Positions 1-14,143 are shown, numbered from the stretch's first letter. The stretch is 64,000 bases of DNA from Octopus vulgaris (GCA_951406725.2 OX597814.1:177878001-177942000), one strand, 5' to 3'. The notes: generated by a model not told the origin, from the sequence alone. Made by a program: numbers and translations.

Positions 1-450
1 AAGAGTAAAGTAGTGTCATGGAACAAAACACGGAAGACACAGACGAAGTTCCAGAAAGAAAGAGAGACGTGACTGCAGTTAAAAATAGTAATTAATTATT
101 TTCCAAATGGCACCGTACCTTTCTTCTATAGTATTGTGGATTTAAAATGTTACTCCAAATCGGATAGGTTCGTTATGTCTGCCAAAGATGGAACGCTGTT
201 GTTAGTACGTTAAGGCATCAGGATTGGCATGTGGTTAAAGCACAACAACTAAACAACATCTTGAGCGTTACATGAACCTTCCATTTACTATCAATTTTGA
301 AAATTAGTAAGAAATATGAATGAAGGAGTGGCTGTGTGGTAAGTAGCTTGCTTACCAACCACATGGTTCCGTGTTCAGTCCCACTGCGTGGCATCTTGGG
401 CAATGCCTTGTGAGTAGATTTGGTAGACGGAAACTGAAAGAAGCCTTTCG

Positions 451-540
451 TATATACATATATACACATATATATATATATATATATACATATATATATA
501 CATATATATATATAGATATACATATATATATACATATATA

Positions 541-572
<32 letters not shown>

Positions 573-988
573 TACATATATATATATACATATATATTTA
601 TATATATATATACACATATATATTTACATATATATATATACATATATATTTATATATATATATATACACATATATATTTACATATATATACATATATATT
701 ATATATATATATATACACATATATATATACACATATATATATATACATATACATATATATACATATATATATACATATATATATATACATATATATATAT
801 ACACATATATACATATATATACACATATATATATATACATATATATATATACACATATATACATATATACATATATATACACATATATATACATATATAT
901 ATACATATACACATATATACATATATACATATATATACACATATATATACATATATATATATACACATATATATATATATATACATAT

Positions 989-1047
<59 letters not shown>

Positions 1048-1212
1048 CATATACATACACATATATATACATATATATACACATATATATACACATATAT
1101 ATACACATATATATATATATATACATATATATATACACATATATATATATACACACATATATATATATATATACACACATATATATATATATACACACAC
1201 ATATATATATAT

Positions 1213-1253
<41 letters not shown>

Positions 1254-1256
1254 TAT
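451..1256. repeat. Compound (TA)n/(CA) microsatellite
   Basis: Directly visible; source of the spurious Y/I/T/H ORFs. Confidence 0.97.
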
Positions 1257-1364
1257 AATAAGTATAGGAAAGAACGGAGCTGAACGAAGATTGAACAAAA
1301 TTCCCTTATTATTTTATTTTTGACATGTTTCGAAGCCTGCAAAATCCCCAATTCCGGAACCTGC

Positions 1365-1365
<1 letters not shown>
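1257..1365 (-). mobile_element. Short insert carrying the 3' half of a minimal hammerhead (Penelope-like LTR remnant)
   Basis: Minus strand reads ggcttcGAAAcatgTCaaaaataaa (GAAA, palindromic stem III, GUC). The CUGANGA half is missing. Confidence 0.4.
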
Positions 1366-1443
<78 letters not shown>

Positions 1444-1655
1444 GTGTATATATGTTTGTGTGTCTGTGTTTGACCCCCTATCATTGCTTGACAACCGATG
1501 CTGCTGTGTTTATGTCCCCGTCTCTTAGCGGTTCGGCAAAAGAAACCGATAGAATAAATACTGGGTTTACCAAGAATAAGTCCTAGGGTCCATTCGCTCG
1601 ACTAAAGGCGGTGCTACAGCATGACCGCAGTCAAATGACTGAAACAAGTAAAAGA

Positions 1656-1687
<32 letters not shown>

Positions 1688-2759
1688 AGTATAGCTGTAG
1701 TTTTATGTAATGTTCTTGATTCCCTAACAAATTTTAATACTGAACAATATCGTGTTTTTGAAGCGATTATATAAAGAAGACGTAATCTATCCCCAAATCA
1801 ACAGAACAACAAGTTTGTAGAGTTGGAACATCTTTAAATGGAGTTATGTTGCAGGAAATAATTTCGCCTTACACGATCCTAGAATATTTTTATTGAACGC
1901 CTACGCAGGTAATCTTGAGTCAACCCGATCTAGGCATTCAGAACGTCTTGCGAATATTATACTACCCATTATTCAATTTGAATTGAGGTGCAATTTTCCT
2001 GAGAGAGAAACATTTTCCAACATTTATCTTAAAACATGGAACTATTAGGATTATATTCAACTCCCACTTTCTTAATCTTCGATCAATAAACAATGATATA
2101 AGCTCAATAAAAGGTAAATCTGGACAAGTGATCTGCCACTATCCAGAGCAAAAGTGATCGAGCTATAAATTTGATAATATCCACCCGAAGAAAGATATCA
2201 ATCAAATAGCAAGATCCAAGGACGTATCTGAATTTGAATTACACTTGATTATGCAGATCTAGGAAATCTTACTCAAATATTCTGCATGTCTAAACAATCA
2301 AGTATAAGATAATGGATAGTTGATTGATGCTTACTAACTTTAGGGGGTTTTCTAAACCTTTCAAGATTCAGGAGACAAAGCCTCACTCATCCTCATACAT
2401 AGAAACATGCACAAACACACATTAAAATCGATGTATGCACACACGTGCAATAACGTCACATGGACAGCACAGAAAAACTTTACATATTGATGCACAAAAG
2501 CACATGCACGCAGGAAAAACGAAATCAAAGCAAATCGCAGAAAAACGAAAGAATGAAAATACATTAAAATAATAAACGATGTATTATACAGTGATACATA
2601 AAATACATGAATATGCGCATTAAAGAAGCTTAAAGACATGGAGGAATCTCTTTACCGTCCACGTTCCTTGTCAATATATGTAGCAAGAGTGATTTGGAAA
2701 AAATGTAATAAAACAACAAACCAACAAATTCTCTGAGATAAGGAATCCTTTCATGGTAA

Positions 2760-2915
2760 TAAAGATGTTGTTATTGTTGTTATTGTGGTTGATGATGATG
2801 ATGAAGATGATGGTGATGATAATGATTATGATGATGATGATGATGACGACGATGATGATGACGACGATGAAGATGATAATGATGGGGATGAATAATAATG
2901 ATGATAATAAATAAT
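2760..2915. repeat. (TTG)/(GAT)/(AAT) trinucleotide microsatellite
   Basis: Directly visible. Confidence 0.9.
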
Positions 2916-3519
2916 TGTTTCTGTGTTAACTAGAAAAGCACACACATACATATAAAATTACTGTTAGAAACACCGTGGTTATAATACATAAGATGCTCGG
3001 CAAAGGTAAATAAAAACGCGCTGTTGTGGTGCTGGGGCATTAGGTAGTTACATAATAAGAGCTCAAAATTAGATTTAAAATAAAGCGTAGCATAAGTATA
3101 ATTTTATATGAAAATATAATAATTACAGCGAGGTATAACACTATATGATAAAATATGCAACACATTCATCCACTCACAGACAAGTAATAAGACACATTTT
3201 AAGTTGGAACAAGGCACCCAAACACTTTCTACTTCCTTCAGTCAACATATCGAGCATTGGTATAGCAAAATGCGCTTGCTAAAGCTACTTGGGCATTGGA
3301 ACATAAGACAATTTCAATGTACTCGAATTTAGAATTATTGAAATTCATATATCACCAATCTTACTGCCGCATTTGTGAATCTTTGCTCCAAGTATTTGGG
3401 TACAAAATTAACGGTGTCTGAGAGGCTCACAAATTCACTTTGTTGCTTCAGTTATAATAAACAGACAGTGTTATAGACTCCATCGAATTCGAACGCAAGT
3501 ATTTCTCTCCTTGCGTCAG

Positions 3520-4330
3520 ATAGAATGTTGACAATGCAATTACCCATCAATAGTTAGTGTCTTCTGGTTTAAAATCAGAGGCAGAAGGGCTTACCATAGT
3601 AGCCCAAAATCAATGCCTACCTACAATAAACTACCAGGCCAACATGTTAAAAAACGGCAGTAGCCCAACATGTTGTGTATGTAAACAACAAAATGAAGCC
3701 ATTTATCATGTTGTCTCCATGTGCAGCCTTCTTGCACCAACAGAGTATCTCAGTAGACATGATTGAGCAGCACAGTATATTTACTGGGTAATTTGCAAAA
3801 ACCTGGACCTGCCCCACGATTAAAACTGGTAGGAACACAAACCAACTCCAGTGCTTGAAAATGATCACATCTCACTCATCTGGAACTTCACCGTTCAGAC
3901 TGACAGAAAGATGGATGCGAATAGGCCAGACATTATATTAAAAGACTTCAGACAAAAATCATGCCTCCTCATTGATATGACTGTCTCAATCGGTATAAAT
4001 GTATCTGTAACGACTTACCAAAAACTGAGCAGGTACAAAGATCGTGACATAGAAATTGGCAAAATGTGGAACCTCAAAACTAAAACAATACCTGTTGTCA
4101 TTGGTGCGCCATGAATGATAGCAAATGCGGCTGATTCCTACCTATCCCAGATACCAGGAAAACCCAAAATGGAAGAAATTCAAAAGATAGTGCTCATGGG
4201 AACTGCCCATATCCTACGTAAAATACAGTCTGTGTAATCTCACATTTTAAAACAAACACGTAATTTCCTTGTTTTCTTAAATATTCTCTAGAACAATACT
4301 TTGTGAAAAACCAAATATACGGCACCCAAG
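3520..4330 (+). mobile_element. R4/Dong-like (RLE-clade) non-LTR retrotransposon 3' fragment, degenerate
   Basis: Translates to CCVCKQQNEAIYHVVSMCSLLAPTEYLSRHD (CCHC knuckle + RHD), IWNFTVQTDRKMDANRPDII...LLIDMTV...QKLSRYKD (restriction-like endonuclease) and GTAHILRKI; contains in-frame stops. Confidence 0.85.
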
Positions 4331-4339
4331 GCATAACAC

Positions 4340-4975
4340 CAAACGCAAAATGTGTGATGAGTGGGGTGAAACAGTATGGCACTTCATTAGCGAATGCCTG
4401 AAATTGGTACAGAGTGAATACAAAATACACCATGACAATGTGGTAACAATGATCCTTTGGGACCTCTGCCGAAATCACGGCCTACAAAGAGCAAAAACGT
4501 AGTATTAGCAAACCCTAGAACGAGTCAATGAGAATGAAGAATGCAAAATCCTGTGGGATACAATGATTCAGTGCGAACACCTTACCACACATAGGAGACC
4601 GGACATTGTTGTTTGAATGAAAAAGTAAGAACTTGAATGATAATCGACATAGCATGCTCGGTGGCAACTGGATCAAAGAAAAAAGAAGGAAAACTGAGCA
4701 ACTATTACAATTTGAAGTGAGAAATACGAAGGTTGTGACCAATGAGGAAAGTAGGCGTAATGCCAATAGTAATTGGCGCGCTTAGACGTATCAGCACTCA
4801 ACTACCATTTCTAAAAAAGATTGTTACACATATAAAAATAGAACACCTATAATATCAGAATTGCTTCGAACCACAAGAATTCTTCGCAGGATTCAGGAAG
4901 CATGGCCAGGAAACAAGTGTCACTTTAAGTGTCGTTATGCCCAATAAAATAAGCCGAGAGTTTTCATCAAGCAAT
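4340..4975 (+). mobile_element. Second R4/Dong-like 3' fragment (different subfamily)
   Basis: GETVWHFISECLKLVQSEYKIHHDNV, ILWD...HRRPDIVV, PIVIGALR; ends gagttttcatcaagc followed by AAT repeats. Confidence 0.75.
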
Positions 4976-4984
4976 AATAATGAT

Positions 4985-5187
4985 CCTTATTTCAGAGAGC
5001 CTGAAATTTTGGGGAAGGACCAGTAAATTATATTCACCCAGTGCGTAACTGATATTTAATTTATCGACTCCGAAAGATGAAAGGCAAAGTCGATCTCGGC
5101 GGAATTTGAACTCGGAACCTAGCGACGGGTGAAATACCACTAAGCATTTCGTCCAGCGCACTAACAATTCTGCCAGCTCACCGGCTT
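4985..5187 (-). mobile_element. SINE family B, degenerate copy
   Basis: Matches aaggcaaagtcgacctcggcggaatttgaactc...gctaacgattctgccagctc of the copies at 22594-22828 and 39687-39918. Confidence 0.75.
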
Positions 5188-5206
5188 TCAAATAATGATG
5201 ATGATG

Positions 5207-5239
<33 letters not shown>

Positions 5240-5242
5240 TAA

Positions 5243-5680
5243 TACTGTGGGATCCGATCACTCAGTATGACCATAATATCAGCTATTGGAACGCTGACAT
5301 TGTTGTGGTGAACAAAACAGAGAAAACCTGCCCGATAACTGATATAGCATGCTTTTTCAGAGAGAAAGAAGAAGAAAAGGGTAATAATTATGACCATTAG
5401 AAGTGGGAAATACACAGGCTGTGGGCAATGAAGAGAATGGGCGTGGCACCAATAGTAATTGGCGCGCTTAGAAGTATCAGCACATAACTACCAACATGGT
5501 ACAAACAGAGTGGTACATATGTAAAGTTTGAACACCTAGAGAACTCATCATTGCTTGGAATTGAAATCCGCTGGATTCTTGAAGCATGTTCGGTGAACAA
5601 GGGTCATTTTGGTCTACTGGCTGCGGACAGCTGACACTTTCCACCATAACCAGCAAAATAAGCTGAGAGTTTTCATCAAA
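5243..5680 (+). mobile_element. Third R4/Dong-like 3' fragment, between (TAA)n tracts
   Basis: ILWDPITQYDHNISYWNADIVVVN, PIVIGALR; same 3' end (gagttttcatcaa) as 4340-4975. Confidence 0.72.
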
Positions 5681-5683
5681 TAA

Positions 5684-5757
<74 letters not shown>

Positions 5758-5780
5758 TAATAATAATGATAATAATAATA
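5681..5780. repeat. (TAA)n microsatellite
   Basis: Directly visible. Confidence 0.97.
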
Positions 5781-6185
5781 TAGTTGTCAGAAATCATGAA
5801 GAAAAAATGCTTTCTGATTGATGGATCAATATCAGCAGATGACAACGTTCCTCTAAAAGTAATGGAGAAACTTTCAAAATACAAAGACCTGGAAATAGAG
5901 GTAACTCGATTGTGGAATCTAAAAACAGATACAATTCCTGTCATAGTAGGCGCATTAGGTATGATAAAAAAAATATTCAGACAAATGCATAACAAAAAAC
6001 CAGGACTTACAAATATATATAACATACAGAAAATTGCACTACTGGCCCCTGCATTCATCCTACGCGAAACAGTTTTAATACAGCAACCATAAGAGCATCA
6101 CAGCAAACCACATCACATACCCAAGGCATACAGAGCTGCGCTCGGTAGTGAAGTGAAAGCACGCTATAAAAATAAAACTACTGAA
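5781..6185 (+). mobile_element. Fourth R4/Dong-like 3' fragment, flanked by (TAA)n
   Basis: ORF 5784-6092: KCFLIDGSISADDNVPLKVMEKLSKYKDLEIEVTRLWNLKTDTIPVIVGALG...IQKIALL, an RLE C-terminus. Confidence 0.85.
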
Positions 6186-6189
6186 TAAC

Positions 6190-6221
<32 letters not shown>

Positions 6222-7372
6222 TAATAATAATAATCCTTTTTAGGCACAAGACCTAGAATTTTGGGGGAAGGGATTAAGTCGAGTACATCGACTCCAGTAC
6301 TTAACTGGTACTGAATTTGTCGACCTGAAAGGATGAAATGAACAGTCTACCTCGAGTAATAATAATAATAATTTTCTCTATTTAGTCCACTCAGGGCGGG
6401 AATCAAAGTCAAAGTTAACCTTGGCCGGATATGAATTCAGAATATAAATTGCCAGAAGAAATACAGCAAAGCATTTTATCCTGAAATGCTCTAAAGATTC
6501 TTCCGGCTTTTAATTGCTTCTCAAATGGCCAAAGTAGATAACGCAATTCATTTTGTCCGACACTCTGACGGTTCTGTAGTGATTTCCTCGACCCCGGAAT
6601 CCTGAAAAGTAAATCTGAACTCAAGTGAAAAGGAAATCTTTAAATAGAGCAAGTATCTTTGTTCGAGGCGCTAACGATGCTTTAAAACCACTGCCTTCCA
6701 TTTCTGTGTAATAACAAACTCTAATATGGGCACAATGGCAGAAATGTTGGAGAGAGTTTAGTCAATTATATTCGGCACTAGTACGGATCTGCCACATTAT
6801 TTTATCGACCCTGAAAGGTGAAAGGCAAGGTTCACCTCGGTGAGACAGTAACTCGGAACGAAAAGAGTCTGCGGAAATACTGCAAGGCATTTTGCCCGAT
6901 GTTCTAACACTTACCGACCCACTACCATTGAATTTCTTATTCCATAATAATACCACTGCTCTTACTGACAACAACGATAACAACCACTATAACAATAATA
7001 ATAATAAGCATAATAATATTTTTTCCGAGGACGACGTCAATAGCGGAGCCGTTAATAATAGGAATAAAATTTCCATAAATAAAAAAAGAAAACAAAAATA
7101 ATAGCAGTGAAATATCATCAAACTGAAAGAGAAACATGATAAATATAAATTCCAGACTAAATAGCGATATTTTATGTTGCCTAGGAAAGCTTAGCGTGCC
7201 AAATACACGTAAGATTTGTGTTCATGCAGATCTAGAATACATACCTTGCTTTCGTTATATCCTACTCGCTGTCTTTATCTTCACTGCTTCCTTCAATCTC
7301 CTATATATTTTAATTTCCCCACCCCTCCATAGTTTCTCTTCTTTTAACTCTTTGTCTCTACTCAAGTCATCC

Positions 7373-7374
<2 letters not shown>

Positions 7375-7452
<78 letters not shown>

Positions 7453-7616
7453 GTCGGCTTCTCTTTCTTTGGGAATATATTTAATATATTTGTCCTATGA
7501 GATGCATAATATGTAGTGATATATAAATACATATCTTCAGTCAGTGAAGGAATTTTTTTCTTCATATCTGACATTTCAAAGGCATGCGAGTGTTTGTGCG
7601 TGTATTACCACACACG

Positions 7617-7662
<46 letters not shown>

Positions 7663-8155
7663 CATATATATATATAAATATATATACGTATATACATATA
7701 TATACATATATACACATATAAATATATATACATATATACATATATATATATACATATATACATATACACATATATACATATATACATATATACATATATG
7801 TCTATATATATATGTATATAAATATATATACACACATACATATATATAAATATAAATACATATATATGCATATATATATAAATAAATATATATACATATA
7901 TATGCATATATATATATAAATATATATACATATATATGCATATATATATAAATAAATATATATACATATATATACATATATATATATATAAATAAATATA
8001 TATACATATATATACATATATATATATAAAATAAATATATATACATATATATACATATATATACATATATATATAAATATATATACATATATATATAAAT
8101 ATATATACATATATATATAAATATATATACATATATATACATATATAAATATATA

Positions 8156-8241
<86 letters not shown>

Positions 8242-8255
8242 TATATATATATGCA
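7375..8255. repeat. (ATCT)n (7375-7452) and long compound (TA)n (7620-8255) microsatellites
   Basis: Directly visible. Confidence 0.95.
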
Positions 8256-8602
8256 TCGGTGTGTGCGCGTCTGTATACATCTAGATACATACATTTGTGT
8301 GTGGTGAGTAATAAAGTTATACACATAGATGTAGCTGTGCATGGTGTGTGCGTGTCTGGCCGTCTCTTTATGTGTATGTATTTGTGTGTGTGTGCGTGCG
8401 TGTCTGTACGTCTGTGCCCGTGTGTACGTATGCGTTAACAAAAATAATTTACATATGTGAAATATATAAACATAGCGAGTGATGGTCTGATCTTTGTTAT
8501 AGCTACGTTATATTTTTTCTCTATCATTTTCATTTTGATATATATATATATATATATGTGACTTTTTTATATATAAATTGACACATACGATCACTTCACA
8601 CA

Positions 8603-8652
<50 letters not shown>

Positions 8653-8774
8653 AACATACACACACACACACACACTATCACGCACACTCCAATACGTAAA
8701 TAAACAAACCTATAATACATGTTTTATAGTTCTAATAACACCCTTAGCATATTGAATTCAATAAAAAGAATTCT

Positions 8775-9000
<226 letters not shown>

Positions 9001-9338
9001 TAGGGAGTAACACATTCCTGTTTTTTTGTTTTACCGTCTGAGTTTACAGCATGATGTAGTCAGTTTTTAATGTTTCCCCTCCTCCCCTCTCGTCCCTCTC
9101 ACTGCTTCGCTTACTCCCTTTTCCTTCTGTTTTATTATTTTTGTTTTGAAATGAAGGTTTTCTAATACAACAACAAAAACAACAGAATTCCTCCCTAGTC
9201 TTAAAGCTAGTGAAGTGATATATTCTACATCCTTCTCGTCATTTCACATGTGTGTGATTTATCTCGTACAGAGATTATCCCCTCCTCTCTTATATATCGA
9301 TAACAATCTGCGAGAGAAATAATAGCACATTTTTAATG

Positions 9339-9339
<1 letters not shown>

Positions 9340-9377
<38 letters not shown>

Positions 9378-9408
9378 TATTAGTGTTATTATTATTATTA
9401 TTATTATT

Positions 9409-9447
<39 letters not shown>

Positions 9448-9598
9448 GTTATTATTATTATTATTATTATTAGTGTTATCATTATTATTATTATTATTAG
9501 TGTTATCATTATTATTACTATTATTAGTGTTATCATTATTATTATTAGTGTTATCATTATTATTACTATTATTAGTGTTATTATTATCATTATTAGTG

Positions 9599-9634
<36 letters not shown>

Positions 9635-9702
9635 GTGTTGTTATTATTATTATTATTATTATTAGTGTTATTATTATTATTATTATTAGTGTTGTTATTA
9701 TT

Positions 9703-9799
<97 letters not shown>

Positions 9800-9800
9800 A
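9340..9800. repeat. (ATT)n with periodic agtgtt interruptions, then (CAT)n and (TAG)n
   Basis: Directly visible. Confidence 0.95.
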
Positions 9801-11990
9801 TTTATTTTATTTTTTTGTAATTGTTTATCCTTTCTTGTAGTAATAGTAGCAGTAGTAGTAGTCCTTACACAGAAAGAAGAGAATACGCGTTAGTGAGATA
9901 GCTGCTGTATTTTGGTCTCAAACCGGGAAACTGAGATGTTGTATTGTTGTTGTTTAACTCCACCAACTAAAATGTTCGGAATTGGCTAGTCTGCATTGTT
10001 ATAGTAGCTCTATAGTAATATTTGAATTTACCGCCAGTGTAAGGCAGTGAGTGGTGCCTGACGGGTGGGGGCACGAGATAAGCCAGCTTCGTATTTAACC
10101 TCTGCAAAAATAAAACATTCCTAAAATGTATAGTAGATGCCGTGTAGTTAGTTTGGCAGAGTGAAAGGAAGGCTTGCTAAGGAATGAATCTGCCATAATT
10201 TTGTTTATTTCGCAATGGTAAGAAATATAACTTTCCCCAACCATTTTCTTGACTTGCTGGGTCTATATGAAAACAAAGTGCGCATGACTTTTGCAGTTCC
10301 GATGAGGCTAAGGAGATATGACACGGCTAATGATCGGTTAAAAATGTAGCAATTAAATACCTGTAGAAAAGATATGAAGAGGTGAAGATACAAGTGACTC
10401 AGTGATCTGGAAATAGTGATTATGTGAAGCTAGGGAGTGGCTACGGAAGTAGCCAGTTTCGCATTTAACCTCAGCAAAAACATGAATTGTAGACTGAGGT
10501 AATGTAGGAAACTGTCAAAAATAATAGCCAAATGGCCATTAAATTATACCCTACTGCCTTTAAGACATAATGATTGGTTATATCTTATAGTGCATTATGA
10601 CATATACTATGTTTAAGAGAGAGGATATGGTATAAAAATGATGCCCAGAAGCTACAAATTATGAAGAATAACATGAATTTATAACAGAATGCTCTCTCAG
10701 CTTATATATTATCTAATTGCAGTTACATGAGCAGGTCAAAGAGACTTATACGTTTCTTGTCAGATCAGGGATATACCAACCTTACGCCATGTTTTACTGA
10801 TAAAATAACTTTTCACCTGCACAAATAAAACAATAAACAGACAGAAATCAGCAAAAGTCTTCCTGTTTTAATGATTATGTTATTGACATGAGCGTAAAAT
10901 ATTGACCCAATTGCCGACAATCTCATACAAAATCTAGTCCTTTAAGTCTTTTCAAAACAGCTGATACAAACTTCAGAGTTTTTAGACAAGTTAACTACTT
11001 GAACAATATTATTGTGTTTGTCTCGAAGCACATTTCGTGTCGGGAGTAATATTGATCCTCATTGATTATCTGTCGTAAGCTTTTTCACACGGATAGCAGA
11101 AAAGGAAACAAAAGTATTTTACATTTGTTTAACGATGATAGAAATATAATTTTACTTGTGTACCAAACAGAGAGACACAGACACGCACACAAATACGTAC
11201 GCATATATACACATGATTGAATCTACGCACACGACAAGAAAACACACATATACATACACACACACAGACACGTATGTGTGAGCTTGTTATATCATAAAAT
11301 CAAGGAACATTGTAAAAAGTCAAAAGAAGACAACAAGACGTTATCAATTCAATTCGAAATCTCACAAATTCATAGTTTAGAAAGGGAGAGAAAGGGGGAG
11401 AGGGGGAGAGAGACAGAGGAAGACAGGCAGATAGAGTGGAGGGAGAGAAGACTGACATAGCAAAGACCTCACAATATCAATCTCATTTCCTTTGTTACCT
11501 ACACAGCAGCTACGTTCCACTGAATGTTTGTCATACACACTACACACGCAAACACATGCGTACACACATGCAAACACACTCGTATATATATTGGTTTCAA
11601 ATGTTAAGCACAACGCCAGCAGTTTTGTTGGAAGGGAAGAGTAAGTCGATTACATCATCCCCAATGCTGAATCGGTACTTATTTTATGGAGATCGATAGG
11701 ATGCAAAGCAAAATCAATCTCGGAGTTTACTAGAACGGCTGGAGGGACGAAATGCCGTTCAGTATTTTACATTTTGCTCGGCGTGCTAACGATGATTTTA
11801 CCAAGTCGCTGCTCTGAACACAAGCAGACATACACAAAACACACACATACATATACACATGTAGTAATATATATATATATACAAAAATTCAGGATGAATA
11901 CTTGATAATTGTAAGCACCTGTATATACCATTTAGTGGTGTAGGTGATAGAGTATATTAATCAAAATAAAAACATGATGCCAAGGATTCA

Positions 11991-12124
11991 GCGGTGCATA
12001 TGTTTCGGGCCTTTATTAGACGGTTTTATAACAATGCATAATGTGTGTCTATGGCCTTCTTCAGCCGCGTAGACACACATTATGCATTGTTATAAAACCG
12101 TCTAATAAAGGCCCGAAACATATG
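11991..12124 (-). ncRNA. Hairpin element (55-bp perfect arms, 18-nt spacer) with a degenerate type-I hammerhead on the minus strand
   Basis: Arms 11997-12051 and 12070-12124. Minus strand: gcgg CTGAAGA aggcc..ggccc GAAA catatg CA ccgc. U16.1 is replaced by C. Confidence 0.6.
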
Positions 12125-12497
12125 TGCCTATAGCACAATTTCTTTCTCCGCATCCATATTGTCTTTATAAGTATTCTCTATTCATCTGCTTCAATCTGTC
12201 GACTTATTTGCATAATGTCCATTCGTCGATGACGTAACGAAGTATTTAATAAATATTATGCAAAACATGATCTGTAATTGAAATATAAACGCAAGTGTAA
12301 GTACATAAACTACAGCTTTAACTTTGTATGTTTTATACCTTGCCAAAATTATTAAATTGGTTCAAACTGGAAAAATGTCTCACGTAAATCACAGCTCCAT
12401 ACAAAATAACATAATATATATACAGAATACACATACACACACACACACACACGCACAGACACACACATATGTATATATGTGTGTGTATGTGTGTGTG

Positions 12498-12781
12498 TGG
12501 AGGCACATGGCCTAGTGGTCAGAGCAGCGTTTTCACAGTCGACGGATCGCGGGTTCGAATCTTAGACAAGGCGCTGTGTGTGTTTATGAGCGAAACACCC
12601 AAACTCCACGAGGCTCCGGCAGAAGGTAATAGTGAACTTCTGCTGACTCTTTCACAACAACTTTCTTTTTCCTTCTGCATCTTGCTCACCTGCGACGGAC
12701 CGGCGTTCCGTCCAGGTGGGGAAACAATACGCCAAGGAAACCTGGAAAACGGCCCTTATGAGCCTGCGTGGCTCGAGAAGG

Positions 12782-12783
<2 letters not shown>
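12498..12783 (+). mobile_element. tRNA-derived SINE, family C-like
   Basis: tggcctagtggtc (A box) ... gggttcgaatc (B box); body tgtgtttatgagcgaaacacc..ctccacgaggctccggcag is shared with 12820-13120 and 25510-25896. Confidence 0.8.
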
Positions 12784-12819
<36 letters not shown>

Positions 12820-12823
<4 letters not shown>

Positions 12824-13118
12824 CGTGACCGACCAGGCTATCAGATGTTGCTACACCTCGCTGGTCACAATGCACTTTGCATTGTTTTAGCCTTCAAATG
12901 ATGCCACCCTGCTGGTTAAGCGAGCAGGCCAACAGAAGAAAGAGTGAGAGAAAGTTGTGGCGAAAGAGTACAGCAGGGATCACCACCATCCCCTGCCGGA
13001 GCCTCGTCGAGCTTTACGTGTTTTCGCTCAATAAACACTCACAAAGCCCGGTCTGGGAATCGAAACCGCTATTCTACAACCGCGAGTCCGCTGCCCTATC
13101 CACTGGGCCATTGCGCCT

Positions 13119-13120
<2 letters not shown>
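12820..13120 (-). mobile_element. tRNA-derived SINE, family C
   Basis: Minus strand ggaggcgcaatggcccagtgg..gtttcgattccc; homologous to 25510-25896. Confidence 0.8.
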
Positions 13121-13214
<94 letters not shown>

Positions 13215-13217
<3 letters not shown>

Positions 13218-13858
13218 TCATATATATGAAATGTTTAAATCAAATTCTTAAATAAACTTTTAATTAGGCAAATGAAAAAAATAGAAATTGAAGTAATGAA
13301 CCCAACGCTCATCCTTTCAGCTCACCATCCTATGTAAACAGATAGGTGTATGTACGTTATAATTTCTTCTTTTTCTTTATCCTTTCACGTCAGCTTCCAA
13401 TATCATTTTAATTTTTAATTGAATTTTAATTATTTTATATTTGATTCTCCTGTTAATTAAAATCCAATTTTAGTTATACCGAACTTTCACTTAGTAGAAT
13501 CTCCATCATACATATTTCGATGTATAATTTCCTTGAATTTCATACTCTTTTCTTTAATTCTTTGATATTTCCTTAGAGTGCGGTGTTTATTTTTCTATTT
13601 TACCTCTTGGATCATCAAACACATCTTGTATCTCTTCTAGTACTCTACAGTACCCTGTCCGTTATTTTTTTTATAATTGTAACCTTTAAACTTCAATTCT
13701 TCAATTTGTTTTCTTTTCTGAACTTTGTTATAAAATTAAATATAATTAAGCAGTTTTAATATTTTTACACTTTTAAATATTAAATATTTCTATTTTTTCA
13801 TTTGCCTAATTAAAAGTTTATTTAAGAATTTGATTTAAACATTTCATATATATGATTC
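13215..13858. repeat. ~74-bp near-perfect inverted repeats bracketing ~500 bp of AT-rich sequence
   Basis: 13215-13288 is the reverse complement of 13786-13858, with one indel in an A run. Confidence 0.85.
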
Positions 13859-13888
13859 TGTTGTCTAATTTACGAGATACTATCCATG

Positions 13889-13889
<1 letters not shown>

Positions 13890-13962
<73 letters not shown>

Positions 13963-14088
13963 GATATATATATAAATATATATATATGTATATATGTGTA
14001 TAAATATATATAATATATATATAAATATATATATATGTATATATGTGTATAACTATATATAATATATATATAAATATATATATATGTA

Positions 14089-14143
<55 letters not shown>

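Larger units (their letters stand above)
324..1665 (+). mobile_element. tRNA-derived SINE, family A (head 324-451, tail ~1455-1665), split by an expanded internal microsatellite and an insert
   Basis: Head ggagtggctgtgtggtaag...gttcagtcccactgcgtggc has A/B-box-like motifs. Tail ...ggcggtgct(c)cagcatg(g)ccgcagtcaaatgactgaaacaagtaaaagag. The same head+tail occurs intact at 23305-23697 and 38599-38975. Confidence 0.75.

Noticed and set aside
371-1351. Long Y/I/T/H/C/V-rich ORFs (also at 7.5-8.4, 13.8-14.3, 45.0-45.8 kb and elsewhere)
   Set aside because: Translations of TA/CA microsatellites, which lack stop codons.
1740-2360. Possible very old retroelement coding remnant
   Set aside because: No motif could be read with confidence.
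9372-9820. Poly-Leu/Ser/Ile/Met ORFs resembling membrane proteins
   Set aside because: Trinucleotide repeats.
12498-12570. tRNA-like sequences (also ~25830-25896 and ~59420-59492)
   Set aside because: They are SINE heads continuing into repeated bodies, with no complete cloverleaf.
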